A DNA stretch of 63,514 bases, counting the filler, from Pelomyxa schiedti (lineage: Eukaryota; Protista; Evosea): the NCBI GenBank assembly GCA_020536535.1. It is 15 parts of 15 records of this genome, joined end to end, with 100 filler letters (N's around TTAATTAATTAA, not from the genome) between each part and the next. Parts side by side here need not be neighbours in the genome. Positions count along the whole stretch, not along the records: positions 1 to 6,133 come from JAHLWZ010001452.1; positions 6,234 to 9,275 come from JAHLWZ010001834.1; positions 9,376 to 12,968 come from JAHLWZ010000440.1; 12 more parts are not named here. One strand, written 5' to 3'. Positions 1 through 9,980 of this stretch are shown piece after piece (the first letter of the stretch is position 1; each line of letters starts with the position of its first letter). Position numbers and translations under genes: made by a program. The notes beneath the pieces were generated by a model that was not told where the DNA came from, did not search any database, and saw only the letters and a list, made by a program, of their open reading frames with translations.

Positions 1-1786
1 GAGGGAGCCAATAGTGGCACATTGCCTTCACTGTGGGATGGGAGGTGTGTTGTGGGGTGGGGACACGTATGCGGTGAGCTGGGAACCACGGGCATGTTAA
101 GGAAAAAGGTGGTAGAGCATCTGAAAACCTCCTTCTCCCCTCTTCAGTTCATGTTTAAGGGTCTTGGCATTGATGCTGTGAAGTGGCTGTTGTCTGTACT
201 ACAAATCAGGAGGGAGGACATACCTTGGGCTTTGTATCTACCAGTGCTGAACGATTTGAATGGTGGCTTGATGGAGCCCTTCGAGTGGATCTTTGATGAG
301 TTCAACCTTGGAAAGCGGTTACCTGATTTCGCCCTTCGGGAAATGGTTAATTGGTGTGCATTTGGCCACTCACCAAGTAATATCAAGTGGTGCATTGATA
401 AATTCCTAAGAGTGCCAGTGGATCTATCAGAACTTCTGTTTGGGATGGTGGCTAATAACCACGCTACCGTTGAAGCTTTCCAACAGGTGGAAGCTTATAT
501 CACTGGAGATGCGGTTTCAATACACCTTCTGCCAATAGCCACAAACGAAGATACTGTAAAGTGGGTGCTATCGAAGTTGCAACAAGCTCCAAATGAGGGG
601 ATACTGAACTCTGTCTGCCAGCACATTGGGGATGTGTCATTTGTTGAGTGGCTTATCACAGAGAGGCATTTTACTCCCACTCTAGCAACGTTTGCCTCAG
701 CGTGCTCCACACCAAAGAGAAATGGTGCATCTCTTGCCAAGTGGCTTTCAACCAGGCTCACTATTACACTACCTGTTGTAATCAATTCTCTGAAGAAAGC
801 CCTCATTTATAACAACACTGATGTTGCTGATTGGCTGGAAGCAACATTCCATGTGATGGATGCTGTAAACTCCAGCACCGTGGAAGACGCTGGAAGCGTG
901 CTTGTTGACATCTGTCAGGAATACGGCGACTTTGAGGATAAATGTCTGGGCCTGAGGTGGTTCCTTCAGCATATCTCACAGCCTGCAAACATCAGTGACA
1001 CCGCAATCCATCGTGCAATTGAAGAGGAACTTCTCCACCACCGTGGAGAGGCACCAATGGTGTTGTTGAGCCACTTCCCTGCATTCGACCCTCAGAGAGA
1101 CCCAAATCTATTTGCTGGTATCTTCACCAGTGTCATGGGACGCATGAAGCTGAGGGAGCAGTTCCTTACCACCTTTGGTTCCTCACCACTTCTGACTCCT
1201 GAGTTTGTGGCAAATTGCTTGACCCCAAAGAACTTGGCTGCGCTATCAAGCAAAACAGTAAAGTGGGCCATTTCCAGATTCAATCTTCAGTACAGCCACA
1301 TCAAGCTCAACAACAATTCCCTCCTACTCAAGCTTCTATGCATAAGAAAGAACAGGTGTGTTCAGTGGCTCCTTGACTCCTTTGACATCCCTCTAAATGA
1401 TGTGTGTCTTTATCCCAACCAACCAAAACCATCTCACCTCAACACAGATTTTTGAGATGACAAAGGCCCTGCTGAATCCCACAATGGAACAAGTAGGCCA
1501 ATATGTTCAAATAGAACTGTCTGGGTGGAGAATTCTGCTCAACAAGTATCCCACAATCGACAGGGCGGCAATTATCGAGCACCTGATGCCGATGGTGGTA
1601 CAGTCGCCCCACACAGCAGAATTCACGATTCGCGAGTACGGAATCACACCGGAACAGGTGCGTCAGTGGCTGGAGGCCAACCAAAATGACCAAGATGGTG
1701 GCTTTGGGTTGCTGGCGGCTGGTTGTCATCCCAACACTGACATGAAGATTTGGATTTCTTTGCTTGGTCCCAACAGCACCCCCTGA
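1..1786 (+). CDS. Hypothetical helical-repeat protein of an expanded family (5'-partial; intron 1402-1447)
   Basis: The 477-aa ORF joins ORF 1397..1786 in frame through a 46-nt GT-AG intron (ND|IFEM). Its C-terminal motif SKTVKW.I..F.L...HI...NN..L.KLL recurs at 13143-13427. Confidence 0.7.
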
Positions 1787-2107
1787 TTGTTCAACAACAA
1801 AATCATTTTCTTTCTTGTTTCCAAGCATAGCACCTGGCAGAAACTCTTGTTTTTTTGGGAGATCCATTGCAGAGAAACAATCTGACATCGAGGTGCCTCA
1901 GGTGGCCTAAAAGGAATGGCCACGTGTCTCAGTTGTTTTTAAATGCCAGATTTACCCTTTCGCCTAAAACGGTACGTATCTGTGCGAGGAGATTCGATGG
2001 TCGTTTCGGCTTTCAAGGCGGTGGTGAGGTTCATTGTATCGTCAACCGTTGTAGTTTGTGGTGTGCCTCCCACCCAACCCCCATAACAAACTAACACACA
2101 CACAACA

Positions 2108-2995
2108 GTGGTGCTCGCAGTGTGCTACGTCGAGCTGTGGCTCTGCTGCCTCGCCCACGAGTACGGCCACGCGGCGGCCGACCTCGCCCTGTTCGGGGCC
2201 CCTCCCCAGGTCCACGTGGGCTGCCTCCCCGACGACTGCGAGTGCCTCCTGGGGCGCCCCTCGCTGCTGCCCGCCCCGCTGCGCTGGGCCACCCGCGGCT
2301 CCCTCGTCGTCCACAGGGCCCTCCCCGGCGTCGCATTTTCCGGGGGCCTGGGGGCCTGCGACCCCGCCGGCGGGGGCGGCGCCCCGTGCCGCACCCAGAA
2401 GTGGGTGTATCAGGCGCCCATGGGGGCCCTGGATGCTTTGGTGTATCTCGCTGGGCCTGTGGCCGGCGCCCTGCAGTGGTGCTGCTTCACTGCCTGCTTC
2501 TGGTTCTTTGTGGCCAGGCGTGTGGCGCCTCACTCTGGGCCTTGGTCGGTGGCTGCGAGAGGCCTGGTATCGCCGTTCCGGGTGATACAGAGCATGGCCA
2601 GAGACCCTCTTTCTCGGTTCCCCTGCCCAGACACTGTGTTCTGTGGGGCGTTGTCATGTGCCTCAGCTGTGAGCCTGGCACTGTTTCTGAACCGGGCAAT
2701 GTATGGTCTTTTCCCGGGCAGCCAGGAACTCCTGAACAACATGGAGTTTGGGGACTGCATCCTTCTCAGCGGCTCCATGAGTTCTTTGTGCCTTGGAGAT
2801 GGAATTGAGATTTGGAGAAGGTTCTTTGGCGCCAGCCGTAATGCAATGTGGCTCATGTGGGTGGCTACTTACTTAGCAGATTGGGTCATACGCATTGTGC
2901 TCGCTCGGAAAGTCATCCAGGTTGTGTGGAGCACTGCAAGAACGCAAAGAACCTCTTTGTTTGAGAATGTGTTAATACTTTCAAAAGTTGAGTGA
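2108..2995 (+). CDS. Peptidase M50 (site-2 protease clan)-like membrane zinc metalloprotease; first exon uncertain
   Basis: HEYGH zinc motif in a hydrophobic segment, downstream YLAGPVAG (M50 AGP motif), and a late GDGIEIW as the candidate third ligand. Several hydrophobic segments. Confidence 0.6.
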   Translation: MVLAVCYVELWLCCLAHEYGHAAADLALFGAPPQVHVGCLPDDCECLLGRPSLLPAPLRWATRGSLVVHRALPGVAFSGGLGACDPAGGGGAPCRTQKWVYQAPMGALDALVYLAGPVAGALQWCCFTACFWFFVARRVAPHSGPWSVAARGLVSPFRVIQSMARDPLSRFPCPDTVFCGALSCASAVSLALFLNRAMYGLFPGSQELLNNMEFGDCILLSGSMSSLCLGDGIEIWRRFFGASRNAMWLMWVATYLADWVIRIVLARKVIQVVWSTARTQRTSLFENVLILSKVE

Positions 2996-3130
2996 TAGAC
3001 TAATTAAGAACTAATGTGCAAATACAAGCTCTTTTCTGTACTCTTTTATTTCGTACGAGAGCTGTGGCCGCATCACTCGTTATTTTGTTTTTTCCTCGGT
3101 GATCACTGTTCTCATAATACTGACTGGGTG

Positions 3131-6100
3131 ATGCAGACCCTCAAGATTGTTGCTGTAGGTGATGGAGCCGTGGGAAAAGTGTGTAGGTATATAACGAGCC
3201 CGTCCCACAATTAACATTGCCCCGGTTTTCTTTTCAAGACGTGCATGCTCGTACGATACGCCAGGGGTTCATTTCCAAGCAAATATGTGCCAACTGTACG
3301 CTTGCATTTATTTATTTACTTTTTCCCTCCTGTTGTTTTGTTCTGACCAGTGACACAACAAAAAGGTGTTTGAGAATTACACGTAATTACCAAAAAGACT
3401 CTGCTTTAACTTATTGAAATTGTATTAAGTGTGAATGTCATGCTCGAGGACAAGCCGTACAACTTGGACTTGTGGGACACTGCCGGTAATAACAAACTCC
3501 TTTTTTTTTTGTTTTTCTCAACTTGTTTGTCTGCCATTTGTTTGTGGGTGCTTGATTGGTTGGTTTTGTCATGAGTTGTTCTTTGTTGACTGAAATGCCA
3601 TCAGGTGAGGAGGAGTATGACAGACTGAGACCTCTAAGCTATCCCGACACAAGTATTTTCGCGGTATGACTTGAATATAATGTTTTCATTTTGTCATCAC
3701 AAACTCACAAGGTGTGCTTTTCAGTGTTCTCTCCTATCTCTTTGGAGAATGTTCGAAACAAGGTACAAAATATCTCTTGGTTTTTTTTCTTGTTACTCAC
3801 TGGGAATATGAAACAGTGGGCTCCTGAGGTGAGTTGTATCTCTCAGTTGACCCACCCCATTGTGAACCCTGATTATTGTTATTGTTTGGTTAGATTTCGC
3901 ATTTTTGTCCTGAAACCCCATTCATCCTTGTGGGAACAAAACGTGATCTGAGGACCGACCCTGTTGCCCTCAAGCGTATGATCGATTATGAGTACAATGT
4001 GGCTCCTGTTTCTTTTGAACAGGCCTCTGAGGTAAACCTGATTTCTTAAGACAAATCATCATTCAGTTGACTTGTTCATCTTCAGATGGCACGGGAGATT
4101 CATGCGTCAGCATACATTGAGATCAGTTCATTGTCTGGAGAGCACGTTCAAGATCTTTTCACACACGCAATCAGAATCGCCACAACGGGATCAACTGGAA
4201 TGCCACCCTTGAGAAGAAAGCAATCCGTTTCATCTTTTTCATGGGTAGCACTCATCCTTCTGAGATAAATTCATTCTCAGAAAAAAAGGGAACTCTGTGG
4301 AACGCAGTTGTTCCTCGCATTGGAACATCGAGGCCTTCTTCCACTGTTCCTCGGCCCTCATGGTCACCACTTTTCATTAATGTTGATGTAGCTGCAAGGT
4401 AATCTCTCATTATTTAATTCAGGGAGAGTGTCTCACGAAACTACACAGGTACGGTCACACGCAATCACGATGCGGAAGCGTTCTGTTCACTGTCGGTGGA
4501 ATATGTGCCGAGGGTGCACCGCCCGCACCCGAGGTACTGAGATTCGAATATTCGAGCGGAAGTTGGTTGCAACCAATCCCTCTTGGGGTCACAGCTTGCA
4601 ACGAGAACCCGCGGCACTCTGTTGTTTACAAAGGAATGACTTTCGCTGCTTCCGCGTATGTCTCTTGGGATAACTTCCCCCGCTCACAAAAAAAAGGTTC
4701 GTTGACAACCTGATGTTCCTCTTTGGAGGTTTTTATGCCATTCATTTTATCTTCACTGATTGGGTTCACACCACACAGGGAGAAGCAACAGTTACACAAA
4801 CTCGTTGCATTGCCTGAATGTGACCACAGGTGAGTGGTCACTTCTCCCAGAAGGAAATCCCTCAGCATCACCATCTCCTCGATATGGTTCATCAATGATT
4901 GCATTCGCGAGGCGATTATTTGTTTTTGGCGGGTATCTCGAGCATTCATTTTCCAACCTGTGCTCAAATTGATGCAGATATGACTGCAACGCGATTGAAG
5001 GTGAGGATGTTACTTGTTATGACTTGACTGCACAAAGTTGGATTCCGGTGTGTGTTATCTCACATTGTTGAGCACTTTACCATAACTTATGTTCCTATGA
5101 GATAGAAATAATTACGCTCTCTTTTCACTCGACGCACACAGGTGGCAATCAAACCGGGAGGACAAGCACCAAGCGGGAGATTCCATCACACCGCTGTTCG
5201 CCACAACGGAACCATGATTATCTTTGGTGAACCTCTCAAACTCACCCACAAGAACTCACCGGGTTACCCCACACAGGTGGAACAATGAACGGGAAGAGGC
5301 TCAACGATGTGTGGATTTTTGGTGAACAATTATATTAATCCTGATTGTAACATGACAACACACCCAGATATTTCCTCAAAGGTGTGGTTAAAACCAGCGA
5401 CGCAAGGGATCGCACCACCACCGATGCGAGGCCACGCAGCCGCTGTGATTGGTGATGAAATGTTTGTGTGCTCTTGTGATCCCCCTACAAGTTCTTCTTC
5501 AATGGCTTTGTTCAAGTATTTCTCTCTTCTTTCTCAAACAAATTGACACGCTAACATTCAAATTACGCACAGACTCACATTGGGATCAACAACCTTCGAG
5601 TGGTCACGAGTTGAAATTGGGAACACACCACCGGTTCGTGAATTCCACACTCTTCTTTCATCAGATACCGGTTCGTTGATCCTGGCAGGTGGTCGTGCTC
5701 TCACACCATCAGGTTCTTTCTTTCACAATCAATTCATTGACAACAATTGAACGGCCAATACTCCCAAACAAAGGAAAGATGCACGGCGATGCGTGGTGGA
5801 TTCAGCTTTTCAGCAACGTTTTCGGGATGCTTCCGCACGAACTGTGGATGAACATTTTCTCGTACTGTGATCCAAAGGATCTCTTCAGGCTTTCCGCTGT
5901 ATGTGTAAACCATAATGAACATGACATTCGCACTGACACACCATGCACACACAGGTTTGCCGGGATTTCCGGGCACTTGCATCAACAGACGGACTGTGGA
6001 CGCGGTTCATTCCGACGAGCATCATCAGTTCGTCATCAAACAAGGGTGCTCCCCTCAAGTCCCTGTTCAGGTCATCTGCTGCGTTTTACATTTATGCCAG

Positions 6101-6133
6101 TGGAACAAACCTCGCTGGTGATTGGTATGTGTG
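3131..6133 (+). CDS. Rho/Rac-family GTPase - six Kelch repeats - F-box fusion protein (multi-exon, 3'-truncated at contig end)
   Basis: Spliced motifs GDGAVGKT, YVPTVFENY, LWDTAGEEEYDRLRPLSYP and LVGTKRDLR. Then in-frame GT-AG introns (4245-4288, 4382-4422) lead into Kelch blades RYGHT..VGG, LFGG, RYGSS..VFGG, RFHHT..IFGG, MRGHA and REFHT..LAG, followed by the F-box LPHELWMNIFSYCDPKDLFRLSAVCRDFRALASTDGLW. Confidence 0.8.
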
Positions 6134-6233
6134 NNNNNNNNNNNNNNNNNNNNNNNNNNNNNNNNNNNNNNNNNNNNTTAATTAATTAANNNNNNNNNNN
6201 NNNNNNNNNNNNNNNNNNNNNNNNNNNNNNNNN
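6134..6233. other. Artificial contig linker, 44N-TTAATTAATTAA-44N. It recurs at 9276, 12969, 15876, 17078, 41658, 43159, 45169, 47446, 49981, 53340, 58130, 60399 and 61935.
   Basis: Identical 100-nt structure 14 times; the 12-mer gives a stop in all six frames. Confidence 0.99.
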
Positions 6234-6344
6234 CAGGAGAGGGACCCCTTCTTCTTTGTCAATGTGGAACAACTGGCTGCAAAAACCAGGGAACTGGTGG
6301 GTGCTAAAAAAGCCCCCCTCCTGTACTAATAAAACATTGTTTGC

Positions 6345-7030
6345 TCAATTTTCAAGTGACTCCTGTATTGATTTCACCAAATGAAACACATCAACAAAAA
6401 CAACATGAAACATTGGTACGGTTGTAGAACTTGGAGTGGTAGTAGAAGTTGAACTTGATTCTGAGGAAGATATTGCTACCAGATCCAATATCGTCAGAGA
6501 ATCAGAATCCACATTCTGGGTAACCTATTTGGTATGATTACTTCCAAAGTCAGTCCTCTTTGCTAACATACATTTCCTTGGTATAGCAGACTGTTTTCAT
6601 CTGCAACCAGGTTCTCCATTGACAGTATGATTTCTTCCGTGGAGTAATCCCCATAGAACAGTATAATTCACTTGTACTTCAGTAAGTATCACAGTTATAT
6701 CCCTGTCCACCACTTTGTTGCATCAAAGTGTGATGGAGTTCACGTAAACACTGTCTGAGCTAATTGCCTGGCTCCACGCTGTCACATATATCAGACCAAA
6801 ATAATCCATCAAAACTAGGGAAGCATCCTCTTGTGCTATCGCGACAAGGAGGGGGAATGCCAGGCCCATAGCATACTGTGTTTATGTAACATGACCCTGC
6901 GCTCACACAAGAACATAGTGCTGGGGTTTTTGTAAAAAGATCGTCACACAGACAATTGGGAGGTGCTGTACTACAATCTACACAAGAATCGCTGAAGTAA
7001 CTGTTTTGGTGTTGGGAACTACATGGAAAA
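6345..7030 (-). CDS. Hypothetical protein, C-terminal exons: Cys-rich segment, then an S/T-rich stalk and hydrophobic tail (cell-surface-like)
   Basis: Minus-strand reading CVDCSTAPPNCLCDD...CSCVSAGSCYINTVCYGPG...; later exons FYGDYSTEEIILSMENLVADENSLLYQGN|VTQNVDS...SSSTSTTTPSS, ending in TGA at 6345. Start not resolved. Confidence 0.45.
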
Positions 7031-7509
7031 GCAGATTGAAGAACAACAAGTCAGAAAGAACAGAAAAGATGCTTGTATCACCATACACATATGTATCTTC
7101 TAGATGTCTTACAGGTTTTCAGTGCCTGTAGTGAACAAAAAGAAGTGGGAATGTAACCAGTAAAACTATTCTCTCCAAGCAATCTTAAGATTGAAGAGTA
7201 AGAAATTCCCAATACAGAGATGCACACAAAGATGAAAGGAGCTTTACACTTCCCAGCGAATATGGGAGTGAGCCGGAAAACTCATTTACCATCGGGTTTT
7301 TTTAAAATAAAATATTCAACAATCGTTTTTCGCCTCAAAGTTTTAATGATGGATATCCCGGTCCAGAGTGGTTGGACTAGGTTGTATCCAAGAAACACGC
7401 TCCACTGCAAGGGGAAAGAAAAGAGCCTGCTTTGGTCCTCCTGGAGATTCCGAATCTGTCTCACAGGCCAGTTCTTTCCCGGGGGCTTTAGGCTAAACAC
7501 GAGGAGACG

Positions 7510-9275
7510 ATGAGCGGGGCGACAGCAGAGCCGTGCGCGGGGCCGACGAGGGTCAAGTTGGTGTTCGGTGGGGGGCTGGGGAGGTGCGGCGGTGCGCGAC
7601 AGATCTCGTCGGGGCGGTGCCTGTGGTCGCCCCCGGCCAACTTGGTCACGGTAGCAGATCTGTCGTCGGCCATCGTGCGTGCTTTTGGGTTGCAAAAGGC
7701 CACGTACGTTGTTGTTGTTGTAACCCATAACTCACTTCACTTTTTTTTTTTTTTTTACATTAAACATAATTAAATTATTTAATATTATTGATTTTGACTG
7801 CACTCACGCGCTATTTATATTTGCAGGGGGAATGGAGTTTTATTGTCTGTTGATGGGTTTACTGTGCCAGCTAATTCTCCTATTTCTATCCTGTCTTCTA
7901 CTGACGTGATAACGTACCTCTTATTTGTTTCCCCTTTTTTACCACTTACACGTGTAGTATTACTCCTGTTCCAGAGGATGCTGATTGGAGCATTCCTATT
8001 CCCGAAGTAGTTTGCACCACAGGAGAGGAAACAGGAGAACCTGAAGAAGATACACCGCCAGAGGCCCCTCAACATGTGCCGAAAAACCCCAAGTCTTCCC
8101 TGCATACCAAAGAACCGGAAATCAAAGAAATCCATGTAGGAAAAACGAACCTCAAGGGAAAGTCTACTGTCAGCGTGCCTGCAGAGAAAAAGGAGGAACC
8201 TTCACGGAAGAGACAACCATCAAGACCGATTGTGCAAGAAACAGTCGGCGAGGAAATGCTTGAAGTTGATTCGAAGGCAAGTCCCATGGAGTCACCCCAC
8301 GAACATCCACCTGCCCCTGCAAGTAAGAAGATAAGAGTCAGTCATATCCAAGTCCCGCCACAACAACCCGAAGCTGCTAAGAAACCCAACCAGAAACCAA
8401 AGCAACCGGAACCTGAGAAAAATGTCCTGAAAAAGTCAAGCACCAAGGTACCAATTGTCATTTGTGAGAATTACTAAAGTTTCCCTAGGCAATAATTACT
8501 CCCTCCATCAAACCAACCACGACATCACCAGCCCTGCCCATTAAGCCAAGTCCACCAACTGACTCACCATCAAACACACCTCCCATAATTTCAAAAAGCG
8601 AACTCAGGCACGTTTCAGCAGCTCAGTTTGGAAAGAAGATAAAATTTGGGGACGATGGAGAAAGTACACTCTACCCTTATTACTTGATTATCTCACTTGA
8701 CTGTTATCAGTTGAATCACAGGAACAAATACAGCCCGCTTTCATTGTGCAAGGAAAGAAAGGAAGAAAGGGCAGAAGAATTGCTCAAGAGCCAAGTACGG
8801 AAAAGAAAGAAGTCACAGAAGCACCTGCAAATAGAGCACTGGACAGCAGCAGTGTGACGGGCGGGACAGATGACATTCAAACAAATAAAAGTTTTATTAT
8901 AAGGCAAGGGGATACATTACCAGACAGTATGACATCCTATTAAACACTCAAACACTCATTTGTTTACCATATTTCAGTTGCCAGCCAGCTTGGTAAGACT
9001 AATAAACGAAAGCAACTTCAACAACCTCAACCTCCAGCACCCACGCCCACACCTGCACAGGAGAAAAATGAAGAGAGAGTAGAAGAGCCCGAGGAAGACT
9101 ACAATTCTGTCCCACCTTTTACTGGCCCGCCAATGGTATTTCCTCTTGTTATGATAATACTAGATTACACACTATTTCCAAGGTTGGAGATGTAATCGCA
9201 TTCAAGATGGCAGAACTTTCGCTTGCTACCTGGTCTCCAGAAATATCTGGCTGGAAGGTTTTCATCTTTCATCTC
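7510..9275 (+). CDS. COIL: Coilin-like protein (multi-exon, 3'-truncated)
   Basis: N-terminal RVKLVF...RCLW...TVADL...I.RAFGL plus LSVDGFTVPANSPISILSSTDVI (Coilin_N pattern), a K/E/P-rich middle, and C-terminal YNSVPPFTGPP|..GDVIAFKMAELSLATWSPEISGWK (coilin Tudor-like pattern). Confidence 0.7.
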
Positions 9276-9375
9276 NNNNNNNNNNNNNNNNNNNNNNNNN
9301 NNNNNNNNNNNNNNNNNNNTTAATTAATTAANNNNNNNNNNNNNNNNNNNNNNNNNNNNNNNNNNNNNNNNNNNN

Positions 9376-9747
9376 TGCGGAACCCCTTTGGATTGTGTGG
9401 CACTCTCTCTGAGATATTGTTATGGAATTACTTTGTCGCAATGTGCTGACCTCAACCACACCCAACAGTTCCCTCACCACGTCCTCTCTGCCGTTGCTGC
9501 ATGCACACGACAGTGGTGTGAACCAGAAGACCTCCCTGTTGACGTCACTGTATGGTCGGTGAGGTGACGTCAGCAGCAGGCGTGCAACTGCGGCGCTGCC
9601 CGCCTCGTGCAGCAGCGTTGTCGAGCCTTGATACCTGGCGTTGATGTCGATTGTGGGGTTGCGTGCGAGGATGTCACGGGTGACCTCGGCGTTGCCAAGA
9701 ACAGCCGCCAACAGCAACTCGATCGCTTCATGTGTCGTGCGAGACAT
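9376..9747 (-). CDS. Ankyrin-repeat protein, N-terminal fragment
   Basis: LLLAAVLGNAEVTRDILA, TLLHEA and FTPLSCACSNGREDVVRELL ankyrin motifs; truncated at contig end. Confidence 0.75.
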
Positions 9748-9980
9748 TTTCCTGCCGTTGATTTTGATCTTTTTCACAGAAACTCAGACGGGAGGGTGCC
9801 ACACCTGTGATTATGTTTTGGTCTTAATTCTTACTAGCACCCACAATTTACTCATCATCTCAGCACAACACCACGTTGTATCCCAGTTGACGTTACTGTG
9901 TTGTCAATGGGTGGTGGTGACGTCAGCAGCAGGCGTGCCACTCTTATTTGTAGTTTCCCATGTGTTAGTTGTTGTGTGGG

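Noticed and set aside
4245-4290. Programmed -1 frameshift on the A7 run between the Rho and Kelch regions
   Set aside because: The acceptor AG at 4287-4288 restores the frame with a normal 44-nt intron.
6134-6233. Recurrent palindromic TTAATTAATTAA element between N runs
   Set aside because: It is an artificial six-frame-stop linker. ORFs ending in LIN or running through X are artefacts, and there is no synteny across linkers.
6690-6790. GC-AG intron in the Cys-rich gene
   Set aside because: An upstream GT donor in the same phase explains the junction.
9563-9938. 23-bp direct repeat (9563-9585 and 9916-9938)
   Set aside because: It is short and isolated with no element structure, probably a relic of local duplication or a chimera.
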